A DNA stretch of 64,000 bases from Acidimicrobiales bacterium (GCA_013003535.1 JABDIY010000162.1:58130-122129), one strand, 5' to 3'. Positions 49,180 to 58,663 are shown, numbered from the stretch's first letter. Program-made: numbers and translations. The notes: generated by a model from the sequence alone, not told the origin.

Positions 49180-49895
49180 GGAGACTCGCCTCCCCATGCG
49201 CCGTAACGGAGTTCGGTGACGGTGGCGAGTTCCTGGGCGGCGGTGAGAGGGCCGTCGGGGCCTGGCATCCACAACGACACCGAACGGGGTTGTGCTGCTG
49301 AGCGCCGACCAGCCGCCTCCACCTTCATTCGCCGGTATCGCAGATAGCCATTTCCCTGGCCAATCCCTTCCCACTCCTGGGTTTGGCAGGTCAATTTCAT
49401 GTCTAGACCACTGGGCCAGGTTGCACCGCCGTCCAAATGCAGGAGGGTTCCTCGCTGTTCTCTTAGCCGAGCAGCGATCCGCCGGGCATCTCGGTTACCG
49501 ATGCTCGATGACGGACAAATCACCACCACCTGCACAGCTTCCAACAATGCCGCCACCACCGTGCCCCACTGTCCCGCTGGCGGTGTGTCCACCACCAACA
49601 CCCGATCCATGCGTAGTCCCACTTCGGCACCAGCGACCAGGTTGAACAACGGTGCTCCAACCACAGCCATCCAACCTTCGTCCCCCAGCGAAGGGACCAT
49701 CATTCCTGCAGTGAGCGTCCATGCCCCAGGACCCGACACACCCACCTGCCAACCCCGTTGAAGCCCACCCCAAGGAAAGAGTGGAGAAAGAGCCTCTGGA
49801 ACATCGAGCAGCTGTTCGTTGGACAGCGTGGTGGGCCGAACCGCCTCCAGAATCCTGGGGTCCAGCGCTGCCAAACCCGTTGCATGCCCGTTCAC
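49176..49895 (-). CDS. imuA: ImuA'-like RecA-fold accessory protein
   Basis: LFPWGGLQRG, VGLRMDRVLVV, RRIAARLREQRG. Directly upstream of imuB and behind an SOS box. Confidence 0.85.
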   Translation of the reverse strand: MNGHATGLAALDPRILEAVRPTTLSNEQLLDVPEALSPLFPWGGLQRGWQVGVSGPGAWTLTAGMMVPSLGDEGWMAVVGAPLFNLVAGAEVGLRMDRVLVVDTPPAGQWGTVVAALLEAVQVVVICPSSSIGNRDARRIAARLREQRGTLLHLDGGATWPSGLDMKLTCQTQEWEGIGQGNGYLRYRRMKVEAAGRRSAAQPRSVSLWMPGPDGPLTAAQELATVTELRYGAWGGESP

Positions 49896-49907
49896 CACTC
49901 CAGCATA

Positions 49908-49921
49908 CGAACATATGTTCG
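49908..49921 (-). promoter_or_regulatory. LexA SOS box in the imuA' promoter
   Basis: Perfect CGAAC-ATAT-GTTCG abutting minus-strand TATGCT (49902-07), 6 nt before GTG 49895. Confidence 0.92.
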
Positions 49922-49959
49922 CATCACGCAACAGCATCACGCAACAGCATCACGCAACA
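49921..49959. repeat. 13-nt tandem repeat x3 (GCATCACGCAACA)
   Basis: Three perfect copies starting at the last base of the SOS box. Confidence 0.9.
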
Positions 49960-49996
49960 CCAGCATGGCGCAGGTACCCGACCGGATCTTGAGGGG

Positions 49997-50064
49997 TGGC
50001 AGCTGAGGTTCGCGCTCAAGCGTTCTGGCAGCTGAGGTTCGCGCTAGCGCGAACGTGGTCTGCC
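49997..50064. repeat. TGGCAGCTGAGGTTCGCGCT x2; second copy forms the GGCAG...CTGCC element
   Basis: Direct repeats 49997-50016 and 50026-50045, perfect palindrome GTTCGCGCTAGCGCGAAC at 50037-54. Confidence 0.85.
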
Positions 50065-50088
50065 AGTTCGACTTTGCGCGACCCTCTC

Positions 50089-50409
50089 CTATGCGAAATC
50101 GGCTTCGGTGGGAACCCGAACGCCCGGTTTGTAATAGGTGTATAGGCTTTCGATGATCGGCTTTAGACCGTCAGCGTTCTTGCCAGCCTTCAACGTGACC
50201 GTGATCGTCTGGGCATACACATGCACCTCGGACACCTGGCCGGTGGCCAAGAGTTGGCGCGCGATGACATCGGGCGGGCGGTTGAGCAATATCTCATCGC
50301 CGTCCTTGTACCGCTCGTGACCCATTCCGGTGAAGGATCGATTGGTTTCAAACCTGACCCGCGACGGATTGGCTGTTGCGGACTGAACGACGGTTACCGG
50401 CTCTCCCAT
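50089..50409 (-). CDS. NifU/Nfu N-terminal-like domain protein
   Basis: TANPSRVRFETNRSFTG...QLLATGQVSEVHVYAQTITV. Confidence 0.65.
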   Translation of the reverse strand: MGEPVTVVQSATANPSRVRFETNRSFTGMGHERYKDGDEILLNRPPDVIARQLLATGQVSEVHVYAQTITVTLKAGKNADGLKPIIESLYTYYKPGVRVPTEADFA

Positions 50410-50800
50410 ACCGCTGGAAGGCTACCAACAAACCCAGCGCTACGGAGATGACCGCAAGAAGCGAATGGACCGCTTTGAATCCCCCGCTCCAGTCACCTGC
50501 CAGGATCTGATAGGCCCGGACCGGCCAAACGACCATGTTGATCAACGCCAGCGTAAGGGCTGCGCCAGAAACACAGGACCACCAGTCTGAGGCTCCGTCT
50601 CGCCAAAGGCCGAAGGCCGAGCGGAACACCCACAAAGAGACAACCACAAACAGGCTGGCCAAACCGAGCCGCCAAAGCCGATCCGTACCCTCGAGGTCGT
50701 CGGCCAGAATGTTGCGGATGCGACTTGCCCAGACGGTCAGTGACCACACAGTAATCGCGGGGACTGCAAACCTGGATATGCGCGACCAATCGATACCCAT
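50348..50800 (-). CDS. Hypothetical 4-TM membrane protein
   Basis: TVWSLTVWASRIRNI and three more hydrophobic helices. The 3' end overlaps the next gene by 62 nt. Confidence 0.7.
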   Translation of the reverse strand: MGIDWSRISRFAVPAITVWSLTVWASRIRNILADDLEGTDRLWRLGLASLFVVVSLWVFRSAFGLWRDGASDWWSCVSGAALTLALINMVVWPVRAYQILAGDWSGGFKAVHSLLAVISVALGLLVAFQRYGRAGNRRSVRNSQSVAGQV

Positions 50801-50803
50801 AGG

Positions 50804-51922
50804 CTAGCTCGCTGCGGCCACAGGCTTGGCCCGAGCGAGCCCTCTGAGCCGATCCGACGTTGCCAACACATCATCGAAGTCGAAATAACAGTCCTGAAGG
50901 TGCCGGGCCGCGTTGGGGATGTACTGGCTGCGACCGTGAAGCACGCGGTGGCCATGCACGAACAATGCGTCTCCCCCATCGAGGCGAAAACGACGTTGAT
51001 TGGCCGGGTTGGTCAGGTAATCGGTCAGCGCAAGGTAGGCATCTAGCCAGTCCTCGAAGTCTGGGTCGGTGGGGGCAATCGGCTGCATCAGTTGGTTCGA
51101 ATACCGGAAGCCGATGATGCCACCCGAAGGATCCAATCGGACGATCGGCTGGCGGGCAAACGACTCGCGATCAGAGGAATACTGGCGGAAGCCAACGGGT
51201 ACGGAGATAAGCATCTCGAATAGGTGCGACGCCGTTTCCCGCAACACCGAAGCCGCCTGCCAGCCATCAACCACAAGGGAATCCCCACCTTCGCAGTCAT
51301 TCTCCAGCATATGAAGCACCTGCCCCGAAGGGGGATGGGTATAGGACGGATAGTCCGAGTGCGGTGGTAGACCTTCGGCGGTGTGGGCGATGTTGTACCC
51401 GGCGGGGTCCACTCGAACGTCGTGAACTCGCTCACTGAAGGTTTCCCGTAACGGAAGCCCAAGGGCCGCCATCGTGACCTCAACTTGACCTGGAATCGAA
51501 GGTGTGCCGGTCAAGATTGCCACTCCCTCACTCAGGAGCATGGCCAGAAAGTCCATCCGATCCGGACCGCCGGCGCACACTGCGTCGTGGTCAAAACGCG
51601 TTGGTTCATCACCGCCTCCCCAAAGGTGGGTGTCCAGCTTGGCGCGGTTGACGACCTCGAAGGACGCTTGAAGCTGTGCCGGTGAGTACTTCGTTACGTG
51701 ACCCGACGCCCAGACGATCTCAATCGACCCCTCGCTCTGGTCGATAGATGTGGCGACGAAGTCGTCGGCTCTGCCAGGGATCCAGCGGCGCTCAGATGTC
51801 TGTTCCACTCGGCATGAGAAACACGGGCACTCCATGCGTAGCCATCGCAATGAAAGCGGTACTCGGTCACCGTTGTGGGTCCAGTCAACGACGTTTGCCG
51901 CCGGGGGCGCGGAGTTGTTCAT
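50804..51922 (-). CDS. TauD-family Fe/2OG dioxygenase, gamma-butyrobetaine/trimethyllysine hydroxylase-like
   Basis: N-terminal WLRMECPCFSC...WASGH Zn domain, PHSDYPSY (HxD), RVLHGR. Confidence 0.87.
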   Translation of the reverse strand: MNNSAPPAANVVDWTHNGDRVPLSLRWLRMECPCFSCRVEQTSERRWIPGRADDFVATSIDQSEGSIEIVWASGHVTKYSPAQLQASFEVVNRAKLDTHLWGGGDEPTRFDHDAVCAGGPDRMDFLAMLLSEGVAILTGTPSIPGQVEVTMAALGLPLRETFSERVHDVRVDPAGYNIAHTAEGLPPHSDYPSYTHPPSGQVLHMLENDCEGGDSLVVDGWQAASVLRETASHLFEMLISVPVGFRQYSSDRESFARQPIVRLDPSGGIIGFRYSNQLMQPIAPTDPDFEDWLDAYLALTDYLTNPANQRRFRLDGGDALFVHGHRVLHGRSQYIPNAARHLQDCYFDFDDVLATSDRLRGLARAKPVAAAS

Positions 51923-51977
51923 TGGAGGAAGCATGAAGGGTTTCTTTGCCCGAATCAAGCCGATGTAGCGTTTCTCC

Positions 51978-53240
51978 ATGGCACCGATCACAGTGAGAGA
52001 ATTCCGTGAGAGGGCCGAGGAGTTCTTGGCCACCAACGCTGACCGCAAGCCACCGAGAGAGTCTTTCGTTTGGGGCGAAGGAGCCGACGATCCCGCTCTC
52101 TTCGAAGAAACCGATCGGGAGGCCGAAAAGCTCGCTCTGGAAGCGGCTTGTGGGTGGCGGGCAAAACGTTTCCAAGCCGGCTTCGGATACATCACCGGCA
52201 AGGAAATCTTCGGTGGTGCCGGACTTACAAAAGCTCACGAAACTGCCTATGAGATCGCCGAATCGCGTTATCGGATTCCCGATCAGAGTTTCTTCACGAT
52301 CGGCCTCGGCATGGTGGCACCCACGATCGCCGCCCATGCCACGCCGACAGCAGCCGCAGACCTGCTCCCCAAGATGTACCGAGGCGAGATCCTGGGCGCG
52401 CAGCTCTTCTCCGAGCCGAGTGCGGGATCCGATTTGGCCAGCCTCCAGATGAAAGCGGAAAAAGATGGAGACGAGTGGGTGGTTTCGGGCCAGAAGGTAT
52501 GGACCTCGGGTGCCCACTATTCCCACATTGGCGAGGTCATCTGCCGGACCGATCCGACGCTGCCGAAACACCGCGGACTCACCGGTTTCATCGTCGACTT
52601 GACCGACGCAGCGGTGGAGATTCGACCGCTTCGCCAGATGACCGGCGGTGCCAACTTCAACGAAGTCTTCTTCAATGAACTGCGGGTACCCGACCATATG
52701 CGGCTCGGCGAGGTGAACGATGGCTGGCGTGTGGCGCTCACAACACTCATGAACGAACGGGCTGCCATCGGGTCCGGTGGGCGAGCTGGCTCTAGTGTCT
52801 TCTCGAAGCTGTCCGCCATGGCCAAGCACTACGGCGTTTCTGACGATCACTGCATTCGACAGGAACTGGCGGATCTCTACATCCGAGGCAAGGTCCTCAA
52901 GATGAACAACCAGAGGGCGATGGCAAAGATCAAAGCCGGTGAGCTGCCCGGAGCGGAGATGTCCGGAGCCAAGCTGGCCCTGACCGATATGATGCGCCGG
53001 TCATCAGCCTTGGCATCATCGATCCTCGGCGCCAAACTGGTGGCCGACACCGGGGAATGGGGCACGTTCTCGTGGAGCAGCTACGTGAACGGTGTGCCGG
53101 GAATGTCAATTGCGGGCGGCACGGACGAAGTGCTTCGCAACATCATCGGTGAGCGTGTCCTCGGTTTGCCGAAGGAGCCAGGGATAGACACAACCAGCCC
53201 CGTCTCGGAGCTGAGGGTGGGCACGCAACGGAGCGTCTGA
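51978..53240 (+). CDS. Acyl-CoA dehydrogenase family
   Basis: QLFSEPSAGSDLASL, GQKVWTS, FNEVFF, TLMNER, IAGGTDEV. Confidence 0.93.
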   Translation: MAPITVREFRERAEEFLATNADRKPPRESFVWGEGADDPALFEETDREAEKLALEAACGWRAKRFQAGFGYITGKEIFGGAGLTKAHETAYEIAESRYRIPDQSFFTIGLGMVAPTIAAHATPTAAADLLPKMYRGEILGAQLFSEPSAGSDLASLQMKAEKDGDEWVVSGQKVWTSGAHYSHIGEVICRTDPTLPKHRGLTGFIVDLTDAAVEIRPLRQMTGGANFNEVFFNELRVPDHMRLGEVNDGWRVALTTLMNERAAIGSGGRAGSSVFSKLSAMAKHYGVSDDHCIRQELADLYIRGKVLKMNNQRAMAKIKAGELPGAEMSGAKLALTDMMRRSSALASSILGAKLVADTGEWGTFSWSSYVNGVPGMSIAGGTDEVLRNIIGERVLGLPKEPGIDTTSPVSELRVGTQRSV

Positions 53241-53332
53241 CGGTGTCCGGGCCTGAGAAATCAACGAGCGAAACGACGCTGAGCTTGAGACGCTAACCCG
53301 GTTTTTCGGCCTCCACCTGCTTAGATATTGGA

Positions 53333-54445
53333 GTGAAGTATGGCGAATCGCGACTCCTCCACCCATTGTGGGCTCTTGCTGTCGTGAGCTTGATGTCAGC
53401 AAGCTGTTCAAATGCGGGTGTTCAACTTGTTTCCACTGGTGGGAGCGAACCCACGGTGGCCGGAATCACCACCGAAACAACGATCGCTGCGCCCCCCACA
53501 ACTACAACCAGCAATCCGTCATCCACCGTTCCACCTACGAGTGAAGAGGAGCGAACTGGCGCCGCGGAACTTCCGGACTTCCAACCCACCGGACTGGACG
53601 TCCCGTTGCTCCTTTTTGGTGATTCGATCACCCTGGTGCAGCCCGATGGCGAGGCTGTTCTCATCCAACGTGACGAGGCGGTGCGGGTAGCTGGAGACAC
53701 TCGGGGTGGGGTGGTATTTCAGCGCCGACTGGTGGCCGGGCCTCAGTCATCGATTCTCTGGCAGCCCAATGCCGAAGCCCAGCCGAAGGTCCTGTTGATC
53801 CCGGAACCGAACCAACTGGCCGAGCTCCATGGGGTCACCACGGTCAACGGGGTCCCCGAGGCCGTCTTCAGTGTGACCTCGCCGGAATCTGGCAACCGGT
53901 CGCTCAACCGGATCGACCTCGAGTCTGGTCAGATCGTGGAGCTGCGGGTTGTTGACGAAGAAGAATTCGGTTCGAAGAGCACCCAGGTCGACGGATTCTT
54001 CATCGTGACAACGTGGGAGCGGCCAAACGCATCGGGTTGGTCGGTGTATCAAAGCGGCACTGGGCGAGAGATCGGTGGCAGTTTTGCCGATGTTGAATCA
54101 TCGTGCTCGGCCGGAGTGGGACCAAACTGTGCTCGGCTTGCTTCGCTGTCGCTGGACATTGAGACGGTCTTTCGTATCGTTCCCCATGCCGCCAACTCTC
54201 CGGTTGGTGAGTATGACCTGCTGCTGTCGCGGTCTGAGAACGGGAGCACGATCTCCCGCGTGGATCTCAGTTCGCTCGACGGCATCTGGTACCCGGAACA
54301 CTTATCCGAGCTGGCCGACGGAAAAATCCTGTTGTCTCGATCGGTTGATGAACGGCGGGTTAGGCCGATGAGAGCAGTACTGATCGATCCGGCCACCGGA
54401 TCGTTCGAGCTTCTCCCGGAGGTTGGATTCGTTCGTCTGACGTGA
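53333..54445 (+). CDS. Hypothetical lipoprotein (beta-rich), paralog A
   Basis: Lipobox MSASC, Thr/Pro linker, GGVVFQR and LHGVTTVNG motifs shared with the next gene. Confidence 0.75.
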   Translation: MKYGESRLLHPLWALAVVSLMSASCSNAGVQLVSTGGSEPTVAGITTETTIAAPPTTTTSNPSSTVPPTSEEERTGAAELPDFQPTGLDVPLLLFGDSITLVQPDGEAVLIQRDEAVRVAGDTRGGVVFQRRLVAGPQSSILWQPNAEAQPKVLLIPEPNQLAELHGVTTVNGVPEAVFSVTSPESGNRSLNRIDLESGQIVELRVVDEEEFGSKSTQVDGFFIVTTWERPNASGWSVYQSGTGREIGGSFADVESSCSAGVGPNCARLASLSLDIETVFRIVPHAANSPVGEYDLLLSRSENGSTISRVDLSSLDGIWYPEHLSELADGKILLSRSVDERRVRPMRAVLIDPATGSFELLPEVGFVRLT

Positions 54446-54512
54446 GAAGTGGCGCCAAACGGCGCTGTCACCACTCACCCCCGCCCACCGATGGTGGCCC
54501 AGGGAGGATCAG

Positions 54513-55607
54513 ATGCTCGCACCCCTCCAATCGGATCCCGGATCAGCCCGCTGGCTGTTTTCGCTGTGTATCGCTACGGCGTTTGCCCTGCTCGTAGGAG
54601 CCTGCTCCAACGCCGCCTCCCAACTTGCCGAGAGCGGTAACCCTCAGGAGAGCAACCAAATCCCCTTTTCTGTTGACGAACGCGACCAGCCGGTCACCGA
54701 GCCGGAAATCCCGGGCGAACCTCCTACCTCCGCCGTTACGTTCGATCCCGCCATCGTTGGGCCAACGTTCGACACAGCACTTCCCGGGCCCACATTGGTG
54801 GCTGCCGGTGACGAAGGTGTCTGGTGGTTCGATGCAAATGGCACGTCCCATCTGGTCGTCGAGCCCAGTATCGCAGCTGACTACGACGGGAGCGGCGGGC
54901 TGATCTTCCAGCGGTCGCCGTCGTCGCCAATCGTGCACCGCAACGCCGATGCCGTTGAGACACCGGTGGTTTCCGCGGGGACCGGTGAGTCTGTTGAACT
55001 CATCGGTGTCGCAACCGTCAACGGGAACGAGGAAGTGATCTTTCTACGGCGGGTCGAAGAAGCTGCGACGCTGGAGCGTGCGACCCTGGACCAGGGTCTG
55101 ACCAGCACCATCACTGCCGTTGCCAGGGATGGCGTGGCACCCGTTCGGTTGTCGATCAACGGTGGATACGTAAGTGGTGTGTACAAGACCGGGAGTGGCG
55201 CCGGTTGGGCCAGTTTCTCTCTGACCTCGGGCGACAAGCTCTTCGGCACTCCCGCAGCCGACCTCGGGACCTGCACCAGCCCAATGGTCGGCTGTGCTGA
55301 GGCCGTGACCACGAGCAGCGACGGACTCAACGTATTTCAAGTCACCCCCAGCGGAGAAGACGGAACCGGCCTCAGTCTGCTGGTGAACAGTGCAACCGAT
55401 TTCTCCGAAGTCGCCCGCGTCGATCTGCAACGACCCGAGGGCGGATGGCACGTCACCCGGCTCGACACCCTGGACGGCCTTGTCATAGTCAGCCGGTCGG
55501 CCAATGCCGACGGAAGCGGATCGCTGCCGGCACTTGTAGTTGACGTGGACACCGCCACCGTGACCCAACTCCCTCAGCCGGGGACGGTCAGTATCGTCAC
55601 GGGGTAG
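54513..55607 (+). CDS. Hypothetical lipoprotein (beta-rich), paralog B
   Basis: Lipobox LVGAC, GGLIFQR, LIGVATVNG. Confidence 0.75.
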   Translation: MLAPLQSDPGSARWLFSLCIATAFALLVGACSNAASQLAESGNPQESNQIPFSVDERDQPVTEPEIPGEPPTSAVTFDPAIVGPTFDTALPGPTLVAAGDEGVWWFDANGTSHLVVEPSIAADYDGSGGLIFQRSPSSPIVHRNADAVETPVVSAGTGESVELIGVATVNGNEEVIFLRRVEEAATLERATLDQGLTSTITAVARDGVAPVRLSINGGYVSGVYKTGSGAGWASFSLTSGDKLFGTPAADLGTCTSPMVGCAEAVTTSSDGLNVFQVTPSGEDGTGLSLLVNSATDFSEVARVDLQRPEGGWHVTRLDTLDGLVIVSRSANADGSGSLPALVVDVDTATVTQLPQPGTVSIVTG

Positions 55608-55679
55608 GACCGCTAGGAACTCTCGGGGCGTTTGACATCGCCGACAAGACACCGACGGGGATCCGGCTACCGTGGTTCC

Positions 55680-56375
55680 GTGACCGTCCCCAAGCTCCGC
55701 CGGGCCCTCAGGGCCAGCAGTCCCGGCTTACGCGTCGAGCGCGAGCTTTGGGAAGATGGATGCGACATCGTGATCGGCATCGACGAAGTGGGGAAAGGTT
55801 CGTGGGCTGGACCGCTGACGCTGGGCGCAGTTGTGGTCCCTCGCGATCGGCGGATCTATAAACTACGCGACTCCAAGCAACTCACCGCCGATGAACGGGA
55901 GGCGATGTATTCCCGAATCATCGAGTGGGTGGACGCCTGGGCCGTCGGCCACGCCTCTCCTCAAGAATGCGACCGCCTCGGAATGTCTGCCGCCCAAAGG
56001 CTGGCCGCTCGGCGAGCCATCGATGGGCTTGGGCTCACCAAGCCCGCCGACGCAATCGTGATCGACGGAAAGTGGGACTTCGTAGGCCACCCGAGGACCG
56101 TGAAGCTGGTCAGGGGAGACAGCATTTCGGTCTCGATAGCCGCCGCCTCGATCCTGGCCAAGGTGACCCGGGATCGGATGATGATCGCCGACGCTCACTG
56201 CTACCCGGGATTCGACTTCGACGCCAACAAGGGGTACCCGTGCCCTCGCCACAAGCTTGCCCTCCAAGCATTCGGCCCAACCGCAATCCACCGGCGCTCG
56301 TGGGTCTTCATGGATGCACTTCCGTGGACCGGTACGCCCCGCCAGACGCCCGTCACCCAACTGACTCTCCTGTAG
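55680..56375 (+). CDS. rnhB: Ribonuclease HII
   Basis: GIDEVGKGSWAGP, LRDSKQL, VIDG, AAASILAKVTRD, NKGY, IHRRSW. Confidence 0.94.
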   Translation: MTVPKLRRALRASSPGLRVERELWEDGCDIVIGIDEVGKGSWAGPLTLGAVVVPRDRRIYKLRDSKQLTADEREAMYSRIIEWVDAWAVGHASPQECDRLGMSAAQRLAARRAIDGLGLTKPADAIVIDGKWDFVGHPRTVKLVRGDSISVSIAAASILAKVTRDRMMIADAHCYPGFDFDANKGYPCPRHKLALQAFGPTAIHRRSWVFMDALPWTGTPRQTPVTQLTLL

Positions 56376-56428
56376 CCGCCACCGGGCCTCGTCAACGGAC
56401 GGACTGCCGGGCAGATAGCTTGCAGGCG

Positions 56429-57976
56429 ATGTCCACCATGCCCAAGATCGAGCCTCCACAGGGCCCGCGCGCAGTTGCGCGGCCGGTCGATGCCGGCCGG
56501 ACTCTGCTCGGCATTTTCGGCGAGCCGGCTGTTGCCGCGGTGGATCGGTCTGGAATAGTGCAATTGGCCGATGCTGATTGGGTTCTGGACTGGTGGATCC
56601 TGGGCGCGGACCGCTGGTATACGCCCTCCAGTGAGGCGGCAGTTCGTCAGCAGCGCCTCGGTTCTGGACCAATCGTTCAGACCGCGCTGCGGGTCAGCGA
56701 CGGCGATGTGGTGCACCGCACCTGGGCTGTTCACCACGGGGACCGACCCGGTGTTGTTGTAGAGATTGAAAACACCACAAAGGCACCGGTGGCGCTGGCG
56801 CTGGCAATACGACCCTTCGACCTGGATGGGCGGATCGGCCAACCGGTTGTGCATCTCGGCGAGGACCACATCCAAGTCGGGGACACGAGTCTCCAGTTCT
56901 CGCTGGAGGTCCGAGACACGATGCCGGACCACAACGCCATCGTCATCCCTGTTCCCCATTCGGTCACCGCAAGAATCCTCATCTCGGGAAAAGAAGCGGG
57001 GGATCAGCGCCAAATCCCTGATCTCGCAACCGCCGTCCGAGCCTGGGATTCGCTGATCACCTCCAAGTCCAGAGTCGCTCTCCCGGACCAACGTCTCACC
57101 GCTCTCTTCGACCAAGGACGGGGACGACTGTCGTTGGGGTTTCACGACCTCCACGAGCGGATTACCGCGCTTGATGGGTCTGCCGGTCGAGAACTGGCTG
57201 CGGTGGCGCTGACCGGATCCAGCACCGAGGCCGGGGAACTCCTGGGACGCTTGGTGGCCGACGATTGGCTGCCGCAGGCTCGCCGGCTCGACGAGCCGGA
57301 ATCGCTGGGCGCCGTCGCCGATGGGATCGCCTGGGCTGCCATACTGCATGCCCCGCTGCTGGCCGATGCAGTCCTCCCCGTACTAACACAGTTGGCGCAA
57401 CAATCTCGCCGAAAACGGTCCGAGCCGGGCACCCAACAAGCTGAACGCGCCCTCGCCCGGGTAGCCAAACTCGCTGGCCAAGGTGGCGCGGCCAGAGCCA
57501 TCGACCGACGGTTGGGGTTGGGGTCTGACCCTTCGCTACCCCAGTCGGTGGCCGCCCTCAGCGCTCTAACGCAGGAGGCCTCAGAAACCGGTTCCTGGGG
57601 GGACGATGACATCGAGCCGGTGACCCAGGGACTCATCGCACTTCGCCACCTCCTGGTGCAGGAGCGGTGGGAAAACGATCAGCCCGAAATCGATCTCTTC
57701 ACCGAGTGGCCCACGGCATGGCGGGGCGGAGCGGCCGAACTCCACGCTCTCCCCACAGCGTTTGGCTTGATCTCGGCCGCCATCCGATGGCATGGCTACC
57801 GCCCGGCATTGTTGTGGCAGTTTGACAGAAGCGACCATTTCCAGTCGGCCATTCGCTTGCGCTGCTCAGCCCTCGATCCGGACTGGTCCACCACCGCAGC
57901 CTCCGGCGAGACCCTGCTCGCCGGCGCAGCAGGAGGCCTTGGTCAAGCCCCCGCCGAGGGCGAGTCGTTCTCCTAG
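56429..57976 (+). CDS. Hypothetical protein, glycoside-hydrolase-like (beta-sandwich + helical + C-terminal beta) layout
   Basis: 515 aa: Trp-rich beta N-terminus (LDWWILGADRW), helical core, LPTAFGLISAAIRWHG C-terminus. The family is uncertain. Confidence 0.7.
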   Translation: MSTMPKIEPPQGPRAVARPVDAGRTLLGIFGEPAVAAVDRSGIVQLADADWVLDWWILGADRWYTPSSEAAVRQQRLGSGPIVQTALRVSDGDVVHRTWAVHHGDRPGVVVEIENTTKAPVALALAIRPFDLDGRIGQPVVHLGEDHIQVGDTSLQFSLEVRDTMPDHNAIVIPVPHSVTARILISGKEAGDQRQIPDLATAVRAWDSLITSKSRVALPDQRLTALFDQGRGRLSLGFHDLHERITALDGSAGRELAAVALTGSSTEAGELLGRLVADDWLPQARRLDEPESLGAVADGIAWAAILHAPLLADAVLPVLTQLAQQSRRKRSEPGTQQAERALARVAKLAGQGGAARAIDRRLGLGSDPSLPQSVAALSALTQEASETGSWGDDDIEPVTQGLIALRHLLVQERWENDQPEIDLFTEWPTAWRGGAAELHALPTAFGLISAAIRWHGYRPALLWQFDRSDHFQSAIRLRCSALDPDWSTTAASGETLLAGAAGGLGQAPAEGESFS

Positions 57977-58060
57977 TACCTCGCTCCGGACCTCTCTAGA
58001 ACCAGGTTCCACCACCGATCGTCTTCCGGCCGGCCGCTGCGAGGTCGATACGCTGTCGAC

Positions 58061-58663
58061 ATGTATCGGGCTCGGACGGCGCTGCTTCCAACGACTGCCC
58101 TACTCGTACCGCTCAAATCCTTCAACTCCGCCAAGGAGCGCCTGGGTGAGGCCCTTTCGCCCGATGATCGATCAGCGCTGATGAGATCCCTCGCCGCTGG
58201 TGTTCTCGCCAGTTGCGGCAACATGTCGGCATGGGTTGTATGCGAGGACCCCGACGTCGCTTCGTTCGCATTGGACCACCGAGCGCAGGTCATCTGGCGC
58301 ACGGGGGGCCTCAATCCAGTTGTGACGCAGGCTTTTCTATTCCTCCGCTTCTCAGGGTTTCGCCGGGTTGTGGTGGCCCACGGTGATCTCGCCGACCCAA
58401 CCGATCTTCGGCTGTTCAACCACGAGCAAATGGCCGATCCAGCAAGCGTGCTTATCGCCAGTGACCGACATCGAGATGGCACTAACGTCTTGAGCGTTCC
58501 AACCGACGCAGACTTCGCGTTTGCCTATGGTCCCGGCTCGTTTGCCAACCACTGGGTTGAAGCCAAGCGCTGCAATCTCGCCGTGGCCGAGGCCAACGCA
58601 CCATCGTTGGCGCTCGACGTTGACACCCCGGATGATCTCGTGCTTTATCGTGAGCTGCGATGA
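58061..58663 (+). CDS. cofC: F420 pathway guanylyltransferase CofC/FbiD
   Basis: VPLKSFNSAKERL, GLN, HGDL, DGTNVL, YGPGSF..H, LDVDTPDDL. Confidence 0.9.
   Translation: MYRARTALLPTTALLVPLKSFNSAKERLGEALSPDDRSALMRSLAAGVLASCGNMSAWVVCEDPDVASFALDHRAQVIWRTGGLNPVVTQAFLFLRFSGFRRVVVAHGDLADPTDLRLFNHEQMADPASVLIASDRHRDGTNVLSVPTDADFAFAYGPGSFANHWVEAKRCNLAVAEANAPSLALDVDTPDDLVLYRELR

Noticed and set aside
49921-50064. Short direct repeats as a mini-CRISPR
   Set aside because: Units are 13 and 20 nt with no spacers or a 9-nt spacer, and no cas genes are in the window.
55632-55673. TTGACA as the -35 of rnhB
   Set aside because: It is 30 nt from the TACCGT -10 box, too far for a sigma-A promoter.
55925-56428. 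N-terminal 168 aa of the 683-aa ORF as a genuine overlap with rnhB
   Set aside because: Low-complexity Arg-rich off-frame read-through. The protein-like sequence begins at ATG 56429.
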